Notes under the pieces: model-generated | Database searches by the model: none | The model's input: only the letters and a program-made list of their open reading frames with translations | Told to the model about the DNA's origin: nothing | Translations under genes and position numbers: made by a program | NCBI GenBank assembly: GCA_963727825.1 | Contig: CAVSHO010000014.1 | Span: forward strand, 32,001 to 96,000 | Length of the DNA: 64,000 bases | Source of the DNA: Ignavibacteriota bacterium | GTDB taxonomy: Bacteria > Bacteroidota > Ignavibacteria > UBA10030 | Reading direction: 5' to 3' | Part shown: positions 46,060 through 56,372 of the stretch, in pieces | How the letters are laid out: every line of letters starts with the position of its first letter | Position numbering within the stretch: the stretch's first letter is position 1

Positions 46060-46171
46060 TTTTTATTCTCCAAGATAAATCATGAAAAAACCCGACAGAT
46101 GAAAAAACGCCGGGCCTGACCATAACACCAGCAATGGTCAGGATATTCACCATTGCATTTATTTTAAAAGT

Positions 46172-46199
46172 AATTTAGAGCATTTCTTTTCAATGTCAA
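46172..46199 (-). promoter_or_regulatory. Putative sigma70 promoter for the DUF3098/tRNA unit
   Basis: TTGACA-16 nt-TAAATT. Confidence 0.5.
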
Positions 46200-46214
46200 G
46201 ATCCGAAAATATAT

Positions 46215-46913
46215 TTACTGATGCCTTGCTACGTTCAATTTTCCTTCCGAAAGCCGGAGGACACGATGAGCACGCCTTGTAAGATCAAAGTTGTGTGTTG
46301 CAACGACAAAAGTCATTCCAAATTCTTCTGATAGATGTACTAGCAAACGATGCAAACTCAAGCCATTTTCTTCATCAAGATTACCCGATGGCTCATCTGC
46401 AAGAACAATCTTTGGATTGTTCATAAGCGCGCGCGCGACAGCGACTCGCTGTTGTTCTCCTCCCGAAAGTTCGTTTGGTTTATGATGCGCTCGATCCGAA
46501 AGACCTACCTGTTCCAGAAGTATTTGAGCTCTAGGAGTCGCTTCCTTAATTGTTTTTCCAGCAATCAAAGCGGGCATGCATACATTTTCTAGTGAGGAAA
46601 ATTCTGGAAGAAGATGGTGAAATTGAAAAATGAAACCCAGCGAACGATTTCTAAATTTTGTCAATTGCTCTTCTGTAAGTGCAGACACATTCTGCTCACC
46701 AAGTTTCACCATTCCGTCTGTTGGACGATCGAGTCCGCCTAAAATGTGAAGTAATGTACTCTTGCCTGAACCAGACGGGCCTACAATCACGACGAATTCC
46801 CCATGCCGAATTTCTATATCAACACCTTTGAGAACAGGAAGAGTTAGGTTCTTTCCCATCGGATATTCTTTCCAAATATTCTCTCCTGTTAGAAGAGTAG
46901 AGCGACGTGTCAT
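46215..46913 (-). CDS. lolD: Lipoprotein-releasing ABC transporter ATP-binding protein
   Basis: [46 protein letters not shown]; follows two LolC/E-type permeases. Confidence 0.9.
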   Translation of the reverse strand: MTRRSTLLTGENIWKEYPMGKNLTLPVLKGVDIEIRHGEFVVIVGPSGSGKSTLLHILGGLDRPTDGMVKLGEQNVSALTEEQLTKFRNRSLGFIFQFHHLLPEFSSLENVCMPALIAGKTIKEATPRAQILLEQVGLSDRAHHKPNELSGGEQQRVAVARALMNNPKIVLADEPSGNLDEENGLSLHRLLVHLSEEFGMTFVVATHNFDLTRRAHRVLRLSEGKLNVARHQ

Positions 46914-48136
46914 TCCCATCGTATAGCTTTCACTGGATCAAGGTTTGCCGCTCGTTTAGACGGGAGGCGTGAAGCAAGTGAGCATAAACCAATTGCAGCA
47001 ACTGCAATAACCACAATATCTAAGATATGTACTTCTACAGGCATAGCCGGGATAATATAAATAGTAGTATCAAGCGCAACTAGATGATACCGTTGTTGAA
47101 GATACACAATAAATAATCCAATTACAGATCCTGTTATAGTGCCTACAATACCGACAAATAGACCCTGGAGAGCAAATATTTTTTTTAGACTTTCGTTTGA
47201 CGCGCCCATGGACTTTAAAATTCCAATGTCACGCCGTTTCTCAATAACGGTCATCGTCAATGAGCCAAGCAAGTTGAATGACGCAACCGCGATAATAAGA
47301 CAGAGTACGATATATGCACACCACCTTTCAATTTGCATTACAGTATATAGTTCGCGATGTAGATCGTACCAAGTTAGATAACGAAATGTACTCCCGTATT
47401 TATTCTTTAATTCATCTTTCATATTATCTGCATTATCGATATGATCGAAGCGAATATCTATGCCATCAATTCGCCCTGCACGACCAAAAAGAGATTGGGC
47501 GCTAGCCAAATTCGTGAAAGCATAGTAACCGTCATAATCTTTATTGTTCGATTCATAAATTCCAACTACTCGAAAGCGGCGAATGACAGGCAAGTCAAGT
47601 TGCATCGTCGCTAATTCGGCTCCCGCTGGGCTTACAATAGAAATTGTATCACCGATTACGGTACCTAATCTATCTGCGAGAACAAGACCCAATACAATTC
47701 CGCCTCTCTGTTTTTTATCTAAATCAATTGATCCGAGAACAAGTTTATCCGAAAGTCCGGATACATTCGGGATTTTACTTGTTTCGAGTCCTCTGATATT
47801 GACAACTCGATTTACATTTTTAGAAACTATGAGTGCCTTTCCACCTACAAAAGGCGAGCATGCTTTAACATGTGGCTGGTGAGAAATGTATTCCAGTATC
47901 GGCCCGCTATTAATTGAATCCATTGGGACAGTACTTTCGATTCGAAGATGCGGATCAAAATTTATAAGAATTGAAGATACTAAACTTCCAAATCCATTAA
48001 ACACCGATAACACGACAACAAGTGCCGCCACACCTATCGTAACACCTATAACAGAGATTGCTGATATGATTGAGACAAATTTCAGATGTCTTTTGCTCAA
48101 TGAATATCGAAACGCTATAAAATATTCATATTTCAT
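46910..48136 (-). CDS. Lipoprotein-releasing ABC transporter permease (LolC/E family)
   Basis: [48 protein letters not shown]; start reset to ATG 48136. Confidence 0.9.
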   Translation of the reverse strand: MKYEYFIAFRYSLSKRHLKFVSIISAISVIGVTIGVAALVVVLSVFNGFGSLVSSILINFDPHLRIESTVPMDSINSGPILEYISHQPHVKACSPFVGGKALIVSKNVNRVVNIRGLETSKIPNVSGLSDKLVLGSIDLDKKQRGGIVLGLVLADRLGTVIGDTISIVSPAGAELATMQLDLPVIRRFRVVGIYESNNKDYDGYYAFTNLASAQSLFGRAGRIDGIDIRFDHIDNADNMKDELKNKYGSTFRYLTWYDLHRELYTVMQIERWCAYIVLCLIIAVASFNLLGSLTMTVIEKRRDIGILKSMGASNESLKKIFALQGLFVGIVGTITGSVIGLFIVYLQQRYHLVALDTTIYIIPAMPVEVHILDIVVIAVAAIGLCSLASRLPSKRAANLDPVKAIRWE

Positions 48137-49377
48137 TATGAAAAACGAATAAGCGTTATAGGATCCATCTTTGCTGCAAGTCTCGAAGGAAGCCAAGACG
48201 CAAGAAAACTCATGCAGATTGCAGAAGCACTTACAATAATAAAATCGAAAATAGATAGAACTATCGGCACATGAGTCATAAAATAAATTCCCGATGGGAG
48301 CGGAAAGAAACGATAACGAAATTCCAGCCAACAAAGCACCAACGCAATGATATTACCTAGAATTGTTCCGACAATCCCGATAAGTATTCCTTGTTTTAGA
48401 AATACCAAAACGATACTCCTACGCTGCATACCAATAGCCATCAAAGTTCCGATTTCGCGCGACTTTCCAAGTATCATCATCAATAATGTTCCAATAATAT
48501 TTACTGTAGCAACAATAATTATAAGCGCTAAAATAATCAATACTGGAATTCGCTGAAGATCGACCCAGGCAAATAGATTTCTGTATTGCTGAAACATTGT
48601 TCGCGCATAATAAGGATAGCCGAAGTACTCAGGAATTTGTTGTGCAAGCGATGCAAGACTATCTGTGTTAGAAACTAAAATGTCAAATCCCGAAACAGTA
48701 TTTCCGACCTGACACAGCCTCTGCGCATTTCTTAAATTAATATAGATAACACTTCCATCATAATCCGCCATCCCCGTTTCGTAAATACCACTGATTTCAA
48801 ATTGCATTATTCGAGTATGAGCAAGTGATAGGGATGTTCCGCCAAGTGCATACATCAGAACATGGTCGTTCAGATGTACATTTAATTTTTCTGATAAACG
48901 TCTTCCAAGGATAACTCGCTGGGCACCGGTTTCCCGCTCTTCAAGATCGTATATTCCTTCCACAAGCCTTCGCTTTGCTGCGGAAATATCATTTGTCGGA
49001 TCAACTCCCTTGATGAGAACACCGTCTATATCTGAATTTGATCGAATCATTCCTTCACGGGAAAGATAAGGCGCCATTTCAAGTACTTCTGGAAATCTCG
49101 CAATAACTTTCTGAATGGTCAAAGCTGGATCTGGCAACAAATCATTTTCAAAAGCAAACAATTGCATATGCGCTGTAAAACTAACGACATTTTCCTTTAT
49201 TGTTTTTTCAAATCCACCGAGAATTGCAAGCGTAATGTCTAAACTGGCAACTCCAAGTGTGACTCCGATAATTGCAATAAATGTAATAAAGGATACAAAT
49301 CCTCTATTATGCCTCGAAGTCAAATGTCGAATTGCGATAAAATCTGTAACATCCTTTTTTTTAAGCCGTAGGCGCAC
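48136..49377 (-). CDS. Lipoprotein-releasing ABC transporter permease (LolC/E family)
   Basis: FIAIRHL, GVTLGVA..AILGGFE, REIGTLMAIG, PSRLAAKMDP. Confidence 0.9.
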   Translation of the reverse strand: MRLRLKKKDVTDFIAIRHLTSRHNRGFVSFITFIAIIGVTLGVASLDITLAILGGFEKTIKENVVSFTAHMQLFAFENDLLPDPALTIQKVIARFPEVLEMAPYLSREGMIRSNSDIDGVLIKGVDPTNDISAAKRRLVEGIYDLEERETGAQRVILGRRLSEKLNVHLNDHVLMYALGGTSLSLAHTRIMQFEISGIYETGMADYDGSVIYINLRNAQRLCQVGNTVSGFDILVSNTDSLASLAQQIPEYFGYPYYARTMFQQYRNLFAWVDLQRIPVLIILALIIIVATVNIIGTLLMMILGKSREIGTLMAIGMQRRSIVLVFLKQGILIGIVGTILGNIIALVLCWLEFRYRFFPLPSGIYFMTHVPIVLSIFDFIIVSASAICMSFLASWLPSRLAAKMDPITLIRFS

Positions 49378-49394
49378 GAGGAATCCGGTAATTA

Positions 49395-50499
49395 TTATTT
49401 TATTGAAGATTGAAGAAGATAGCTTTTGATAAATTCATCGATCTCACCATCCATTACGGATTGTACATTTCCATTTTCTGTTCCCGTTCTGTGGTCTTTC
49501 ACAAGTTGATATGGTTGAAAAGTGTAAGATCGGATTTGACTCCCCCATTCAATTCGTTTTTTAGTACTTTCAATTGCACTGAGCCGTGCCTCTTCTTCTT
49601 CTCGGCGAATCTGATAGAGGCGGGATTTCAACATTTTCATCGCACGTTCACGATTCTGAAATTGCGAACGCTCCTCCTGACATGCAACAATGACACCTGA
49701 AGGAATATGTGTTATACGTACAGCTGTCTCAACTTTATTAACATTTTGTCCGCCCTTGCCGCCAGAACGATATGTATCAATTTTCAAATCAGATGGATTA
49801 ATTTCGATTTCTACATCATCTTCAACTTCAGGATAGACAAATACGGATGCGAAAGAAGTATGTCTGCGCGCATTAGCATCGAATGGTGAGATGCGCACCA
49901 GCCGATGCACTCCACTTTCTGCCTTCAAATAGCCATAAGCGTACTTACCAATCACTTCAATTGTGGCGCTCTTAATGCCGGCGCCCTCACCTTCTAACAT
50001 ATCAGCAAGAAATATTTTTAGTCCATGCCGTTCGCACCATCTGGAATACATTCTTAAAAGCATTTCCGCCCAATCTTGTGCTTCGGTGCCTCCGGCGCCA
50101 GAATGAATAGTAAGAAATGCATTTTTCTCATCATCCGGACCACTTAACATATTTTTAAGTTCGAGGTTTTCTATATCTGCACGAAGCTTTTCAATATCTC
50201 TTTTTACTTCTGTTTCAAAGTCTGTTTCTTGCGCTTCTTCGGCCATCTCAATCAATGATTTCGTATCTTGGTAAAGAGCATCAAGTGAATTCCACGCATC
50301 AAGCCATTCTTTTCGACTATTTATTTCTTGAATAACTTTCTGTGCTGCTACATTATCATTCCAAAAGCCATCTGAAGCCGTACGTGCTTGATATTCCTTT
50401 AATTCTTGTTCTTTTTTATCGAGGTCAAAGATACCCCCGAAGTGCGCCGATACGTTTTCTTAGTTCTTCCAATTCTGTTCGCAAATCAAGAAAGCTCAA
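49395..50499 (-). CDS. prfB: Peptide chain release factor 2 with programmed +1 frameshift
   Basis: TTG start after AAGGAG; 24 codons ending GGGGG-TAT-CTT-TGA-C (shift at 50427); SPF anticodon mimic and GGQ motif in the +1 frame. Confidence 0.96.
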
Positions 50500-50566
50500 A
50501 TCGTTTTCTCCTTATTCATTCTTTGGCTACATGCGCAATACTAATATGGATGCAACTCGTTCAACT

Positions 50567-52333
50567 CTACTTTAATCTGATATGCAATTCATCCAGCTGT
50601 TTCTTATCCACTATCGATGGCGCTTCATCCATCAATGACATGCCGCTCGATGTTTTCGGAAATGCAATAACGTCACGGATAGATTTACATCCAGTCATCA
50701 ACATTATCATGCGATCAAGTCCAAATGCAATTCCTCCATGCGGCGGCGCGCCATATTTAAATGCATCCAGAAGGAATCCAAATTTTAATTTCGCATCCTC
50801 TGACGAAATGCCCATAAGACCGAACATTCTACTCTGTAATTCCTGTGTATGGATTCGGATACTTCCACCAGCAATTTCATTTCCGTTCAGCACTAAATCA
50901 TACGCTCGTGCTCTCGCTTTGCCCGGATCGTTTTCTAGCAAATGTAAATCCGCCAGGTTCGGTGCTGTAAACGGATGATGGACAGCGATAAATCTTTTTT
51001 CTTCTTCGCTATACTCCAGCAGCGGAAAATCTGTTATCCAAAGAAAATTCCACTTTCCTTCCGGAATTAAATTCAATCGTTGTGCCATTTCAAGACGAAG
51101 AGTTCCAAGAATAGTTAAAGCTTTTTTCCAATCACCAGAAATTAACAGAATAAGATCTCCCGGCCTTGCATCAAACTTTTTTGCAATAGCATTTGACTCT
51201 TCCTGCGTAATGAATTTTGCTGCAGAACATTCTACTTTATCTTCAGTTACTCTCAAATACACCAAACCGCCTGCCCCAAGCGATTTGACATAATCAGTCA
51301 AAATATCTAATTGACTTCTTGTGTAGGAAGCAAGATTCGGGACATTAATCCCAGCAACAATTCCACCCTTCTTTACTGCATCACTGAAAATCCGGAATCC
51401 TGATTCCGCTGCTATATCTGAGCAATCTTGGATTTCCAGGCCGAAACGTGTATCGGGTTTGTCACTTCCGTAGCGCTCCATCGCTGTTTTATATGTTATA
51501 ATTGGAAACGACGACGGCACTTCATAATTCAGGATCGTCTTAAAAATATCAGCTATAGCACCTTCAGTGATTCTCCGAATATCTTCTTCATCGACAAATG
51601 ACATTTCAACATCGATTTGTGTGAATTCTGGTTGCCGGTCGGCACGAAGATCTTCATCCCGAAAACATTTGACTATTTGAAAATACCGATCAAACCCAGA
51701 AACCATCAAAATTTGCTTATAAGTCTGAGGGGACTGTGGCAGAGCGTAAAACTTTCCGCTGTGTAAACGGCTTGGTACAAGAAAATCGCGCGCCCCTTCT
51801 GGTGTGCTCTTCATTAAAATTGGTGTTTCGATTTCTAAGAATCCGTTTTTATCAAAATACTTTCTCACGACTTGATAAGTATGGTGCCGCATAATCAAAT
51901 TGCTTTGTACTGAAGGCCTACGCAAATCGAGATACCTATACTTCAATCGCAGGTCTTCGTTGATTTCCACATAATCATCAAGAGCAAATGGCGGTGTTTC
52001 TGCTTTATTTAGAATCTCCAGCTCATTAATATCAACTTCAACTTCTCCTGTGGCAATCTCCGCATTTTCTGTTTCTTTAGGCCGGATATTAACCAAACCA
52101 GTTACTGAAATAACATATTCAGAACGCAAAGATTTTGCAATTTCATGCGCACCTGCATGTCTCTCCGGTGAAAACACTATTTGTGTTTTACCGTATCGAT
52201 CGCGCAGATCGATAAAAATTAATCCGCCAAGATCACGGCGCTTATCTACCCATCCGGTAAGTGTCACTGTTTTCCCAACATGGATTTCTCTTAATTCGCC
52301 GCATGTAACAGTTCTTTTTTTATATGTGCTCAA
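50567..52333 (-). CDS. aspS: Aspartate--tRNA ligase
   Basis: RRDLGGLIFIDLRD, YALPQSPQ, FRDEDLRADRQPEFTQ, HHPFT, PPHGGIAFGLDR. Confidence 0.97.
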   Translation of the reverse strand: MSTYKKRTVTCGELREIHVGKTVTLTGWVDKRRDLGGLIFIDLRDRYGKTQIVFSPERHAGAHEIAKSLRSEYVISVTGLVNIRPKETENAEIATGEVEVDINELEILNKAETPPFALDDYVEINEDLRLKYRYLDLRRPSVQSNLIMRHHTYQVVRKYFDKNGFLEIETPILMKSTPEGARDFLVPSRLHSGKFYALPQSPQTYKQILMVSGFDRYFQIVKCFRDEDLRADRQPEFTQIDVEMSFVDEEDIRRITEGAIADIFKTILNYEVPSSFPIITYKTAMERYGSDKPDTRFGLEIQDCSDIAAESGFRIFSDAVKKGGIVAGINVPNLASYTRSQLDILTDYVKSLGAGGLVYLRVTEDKVECSAAKFITQEESNAIAKKFDARPGDLILLISGDWKKALTILGTLRLEMAQRLNLIPEGKWNFLWITDFPLLEYSEEEKRFIAVHHPFTAPNLADLHLLENDPGKARARAYDLVLNGNEIAGGSIRIHTQELQSRMFGLMGISSEDAKLKFGFLLDAFKYGAPPHGGIAFGLDRMIMLMTGCKSIRDVIAFPKTSSGMSLMDEAPSIVDKKQLDELHIRLK

Positions 52334-52362
52334 TACTATCCTCTTCTCTTATTCTGTTTTAT

Positions 52363-52411
52363 AAAAACAAAAAAGCGAGAATTGCCATTAAGGCGCTTTG
52401 TTCTCGCTTTT
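52363..52411 (-). terminator. Terminator-like hairpin between trxA and aspS
   Basis: AAAAGCGAGAA...TTCTCGCTTTT inverted repeat with a T-rich tail. Confidence 0.6.
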
Positions 52412-52423
52412 ATTTTATTAAAT

Positions 52424-52747
52424 TCAATTCAAATGTTTCGATAATTTTTCGATAAGTGATCTCTTTGGCGCTGCACCGATAATCTGTTCTACTACTTTTC
52501 CATCTTTAAAAATAAGGAGCGTTGGAATGCTGCGGATACCGTATTGCATTGCAATCTGTTGATTATTATCAACGTCCACTTTGCCGATTTTCAATTTGCC
52601 TTCGTATTCATTTGCAAGCTCATCAACAACTGGAGCGATCATTTTACAGGGACCGCACCATACTGCCCAAAAATCAACAAGCACAGGCATATTTGCTTTT
52701 AATACTTCTTGTTCAAAATTATTTTCGTTCAATTCGACTGGTTTCAT
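52424..52747 (-). CDS. trxA: Thioredoxin
   Basis: VDFWAVWCGPCKMIAP, SIPTL. Confidence 0.97.
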   Translation of the reverse strand: MKPVELNENNFEQEVLKANMPVLVDFWAVWCGPCKMIAPVVDELANEYEGKLKIGKVDVDNNQQIAMQYGIRSIPTLLIFKDGKVVEQIIGAAPKRSLIEKLSKHLN

Positions 52748-52765
52748 AAATGTAGTTCCTTTTTG

Positions 52766-55700
52766 CTATCCTTTTAGATGAACCGTCTCCTGCCCAAAAA
52801 GCTTTTTAACCGCATCCGTAAATTGTCTGTTTGGATCAATAGTATACTTGCGAGTTAAATATATCGAATTGTTGCTTAATCCGCTACCAGAGAGATTCAA
52901 GATACATTGGCACTTACCTTGATTGTGTTCAATTAGCTTCACTAATTCGAACACATCCTTTTCCTTTATGATATCAAGATTCAAGTCGATAATGATACCT
53001 TTTGCGTATTTCTTTCTTACATCATCAATGCCGATAATTTCATTGACAATGACTTTAATTGCTTCTTCATTACCATCATTCTTCCCTATCATCATAACTA
53101 TGGAACCTACTTGGAGAAGAGCGGCATATTTTTGGAATGCATCAGCGAACACAATACAATCTGCTTTACCTGTAAAATCCTCAATTGTAACAAACGCCAT
53201 GGTTCTATTTCGTTTATCTATTTTCTTTTTAATGTCAGAAATAATACCACATACATGGAGTGTAGAATTTGGTTTTATAGAATCTGCTTCGCCCAATTTC
53301 GCTGTTGATAATCCATCAATCTCATCACGATATTTCAACAAAGGATGGCCAGATACATAAAATCCTAGTACAGTTTTCTCACGCGAAAGTTTTTCCGTTT
53401 CCGTCCAATCTGGAACATTACGAAACATGGGCCGATTTGTGACTTTCGCACCACCAAGATCGAATAAATTTGACTGTCCTTTTTCAAGTTGTTCTTGCAG
53501 ATTCTGCCCATAAGCTATTGCAGCTTCGACATTACTAAATATTTGAGCGCGATTATTATGAAGAGAATCAAAAGCTCCTGATTGAATAAGTCCTTCAATT
53601 GTTTTTTTATTTGCCAAACGCAGATCGACGCGTATGCAGAAATCAAAGATATCTTTGAATCGCCCTTTCTCGCCTCGTGCTTTCACAATTTGTTCTACAG
53701 CACCTGTACCGACATTCTTAATAGCGCTCAATCCAAAGCGAATTCCCTTTGGTGTAACGACAAAGTTAACACCGCTTTCGTTGACGTCAGGAGGAAGGAC
53801 ATCAATCCCTAATTTTCTGCACTCATCAATAAGTATTACTATCTTATCGGTGTTGTCCATTTCGCTGGAAAGTGTTGCAGCCATATATTCGGCTGGATAG
53901 TGTGCCTTAAGATACGCCGTTTGATAAGCCAAAACTGAATACGCAACGCTGTGCGATTTATTGAAACCGTAGGAAGCAAATTTTTCAATCAAATCAAATA
54001 TTTCTGAGGCAATTTTTCTCTCAATACTTTTTGCCACAGCATTCTCTACAAATTCTTTTTTCTGCTTAGCCATCAACTCTTTATCTTTTTTTCCCATCGC
54101 ACGACGAAGCAAATCTGCTTGCGAAAGGCTAAGACCGCCGATCTCACTGGCAATTCTTATTACTTGTTCTTGATATACAATTACTCCATAGGTCTCGCGA
54201 AGAATTGGTTCAAGTTTCGCGTGTAGATAGGAGATTTTCTGCTTGCCATTTTTTCTATCGATAAAGTCAGGTATGTTTTCCATTGGACCCGGACGATATA
54301 GCGCATTCATGGCAACGAGATCATGAATAGATGTCGGCTTAAGCTTGCGTAAATAATCCTGCATGCCAGTACTTTCAAACTGGAACAGCGCCACAGTCTG
54401 TCCCCGTGTGAATAGTTCCAAAGTTTTTTGATCCGCTTCTGGAATTTTGGATAAATCCAATTTTATTCCATGTCCTTCTTCAACCATCTTCAGAGCATCA
54501 TCTATCACAGTCAGCGTACGCAAACCAAGAAAATCCATCTTGAGTAGACCGGCGTCTTCAAGATCCTTCATATTGTATTGCGTCATTAAATCGGTTTGTG
54601 GAGTTTTATACATCGGCACATAATCGCTAATGTCTCCTGGCGCAATTACAACGCCGGCTGCGTGGGTTGAAAGATTACGATTCATTCCTTCAAGTACTTT
54701 TGCCGTATCAATCAACAGCTTTATTTTTTCATCGGAACTCTGATTTACCCATTTTAGATCTGGGACATTTTTTAACGCATCTTCAATGCGCGCCACTTTT
54801 CCTTGAAATACCGGAATTTGTTTTGTTATAGAATCGATGACGGATAATTGAATACCGAGAACTCTACCAACATCCTTAAGTGCCGCACGGGATGACATTG
54901 TACCGAATGTGGCAATCTGCGCAACAGATTTTTCGCCGTACTTTTGTTTTACATAATCAATTACTTTTTCACGTTTATTATCTGCAAAATCAATATCTAT
55001 GTCAGGCATGGAAACACGATCTGGATTAAGAAATCTCTCAAAAAGCAAATCATATTTGAGTGGATCGACATCTGTGATTCCTAATGCATAAGAAACGATG
55101 CTCCCTGCTGCGCTTCCTCTGCCCGGACCGACAGGAACATCCATCGAACGAGCAGCATTTATAAAATCCTGAACTATGAGAAAATATCCCGCATATCCCA
55201 TGTTCTTTATTACATTTATTTCATGAACAACCCGCTCTTCGATCTCAGGCGTGATTGTTTCATATCTTTTTGGGATTTTTTCTCGCACGAGTCGTTCAAA
55301 ATATTCATTAAGATCAGTACTGCCTGCTTCCGGCGGAATAGGAAATGCCGGCATATGATTTTTATTTAATTCTATTTGCAGATTGCATTTGTCTGTAATT
55401 TCTAATGTAGATTGGATTGCTTCTGGATAATCTTTGAATAACGCGATCATTTCATCAGATGATTTGAAATAGAGTTGATCTGTTTTGTACCTAAGCGTCA
55501 GATAATCAGATGTGTTTGTGCTGCTCGCTTCCGGGATATAGAGCATGATATTATGCGGCAGAGCATGCTCTTGCAGGATATAATGGCAATCGTTTGTTGC
55601 AACCAATTTTATACCAAGTTCGCGCGCTATCTTAGGCGCACCTTCAAGGATAGACTGTTCGTTCTGCAAGCCATGGTTTTGAATTTCCAAATAAAAATCT

Positions 55701-56227
55701 TCGCCGAATACATCTCGATAAATCGACGCAAATTCCATAGCCTCATTATAGTCACCGTTCACAAGTTGTTCATTGACGATTCCAGCTTGGCATGCAGATG
55801 TCGCAATAATTCCTTCATGATATTTCGATAAAACTTCAACGTCAATTCGAGGTTTGAAATAGAATCCTTCCGTATGTCCAATAGTGCAAAGGCGAATTAG
55901 ATTTTTATATCCGACTGCATCTTTTGCCAACAAAACAATATGGTTGTAAATACCACGTCCTTCTCTCTTGTTTAATCGATTCGTATCTACTTTCTTTTCA
56001 AACCGGCTTCCTTTGGTAACAATATACGCTTCACAGCCAATGATAGGCTTTATACCTGCTTTATCGGCACGTTTGTAAAATTCAATAGCACCAAAAAGCA
56101 CGCCGTGATCAGTAATCGCCACTGCCGGCATATTATTTGTCACAGCAGCACTTACAAGACTCTGGACTGTTGCCGCCCCGTCAAGAAGGCTGTAATGTGT
56201 GTGATTATGGAGATGAACAAACTGCAT
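52766..56227 (-). CDS. dnaE: DNA polymerase III alpha subunit
   Basis: PHP HLHNHTHYSLLDG, GRGSAAGS, MPDIDIDF, KMDFLGL, YGFNKSH; no intein-sized insertion. Confidence 0.98.
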   Translation of the reverse strand: MQFVHLHNHTHYSLLDGAATVQSLVSAAVTNNMPAVAITDHGVLFGAIEFYKRADKAGIKPIIGCEAYIVTKGSRFEKKVDTNRLNKREGRGIYNHIVLLAKDAVGYKNLIRLCTIGHTEGFYFKPRIDVEVLSKYHEGIIATSACQAGIVNEQLVNGDYNEAMEFASIYRDVFGEDFYLEIQNHGLQNEQSILEGAPKIARELGIKLVATNDCHYILQEHALPHNIMLYIPEASSTNTSDYLTLRYKTDQLYFKSSDEMIALFKDYPEAIQSTLEITDKCNLQIELNKNHMPAFPIPPEAGSTDLNEYFERLVREKIPKRYETITPEIEERVVHEINVIKNMGYAGYFLIVQDFINAARSMDVPVGPGRGSAAGSIVSYALGITDVDPLKYDLLFERFLNPDRVSMPDIDIDFADNKREKVIDYVKQKYGEKSVAQIATFGTMSSRAALKDVGRVLGIQLSVIDSITKQIPVFQGKVARIEDALKNVPDLKWVNQSSDEKIKLLIDTAKVLEGMNRNLSTHAAGVVIAPGDISDYVPMYKTPQTDLMTQYNMKDLEDAGLLKMDFLGLRTLTVIDDALKMVEEGHGIKLDLSKIPEADQKTLELFTRGQTVALFQFESTGMQDYLRKLKPTSIHDLVAMNALYRPGPMENIPDFIDRKNGKQKISYLHAKLEPILRETYGVIVYQEQVIRIASEIGGLSLSQADLLRRAMGKKDKELMAKQKKEFVENAVAKSIERKIASEIFDLIEKFASYGFNKSHSVAYSVLAYQTAYLKAHYPAEYMAATLSSEMDNTDKIVILIDECRKLGIDVLPPDVNESGVNFVVTPKGIRFGLSAIKNVGTGAVEQIVKARGEKGRFKDIFDFCIRVDLRLANKKTIEGLIQSGAFDSLHNNRAQIFSNVEAAIAYGQNLQEQLEKGQSNLFDLGGAKVTNRPMFRNVPDWTETEKLSREKTVLGFYVSGHPLLKYRDEIDGLSTAKLGEADSIKPNSTLHVCGIISDIKKKIDKRNRTMAFVTIEDFTGKADCIVFADAFQKYAALLQVGSIVMMIGKNDGNEEAIKVIVNEIIGIDDVRKKYAKGIIIDLNLDIIKEKDVFELVKLIEHNQGKCQCILNLSGSGLSNNSIYLTRKYTIDPNRQFTDAVKKLFGQETVHLKG

Positions 56228-56249
56228 GGAACTGCTTATAACCAAGGGG

Positions 56250-56361
56250 AAATTCCAAATTCTAATCTACTAATCCTAAACAAAATACAAATATCAAGAC
56301 CAACAATTAAGATCATTTATTTGTGATTTATCTGCAATTTGTTTTTGAGGGTTGAGTTTTT
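56250..56361. repeat. Degenerate heptamer tract with a complementary tract downstream
   Basis: aaattcc aaattct aatctac taatcct aaac... followed by ttgtgat..ttgtttt tgagggt tgagttt. Confidence 0.45.
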
Positions 56362-56372
56362 CTAAATCTCTA

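Noticed and set aside
45520-46153. ORFs 45520-45750 (+) and 45665-46153 (-)
   Set aside because: They overlap two clear tRNA genes and the DUF3098 gene
50406-50978. 190-aa plus-strand ORF and the many similar antisense ORFs in the track
   Set aside because: Shadow frames opposite well-conserved genes (here aspS/prfB) with no motifs or RBS
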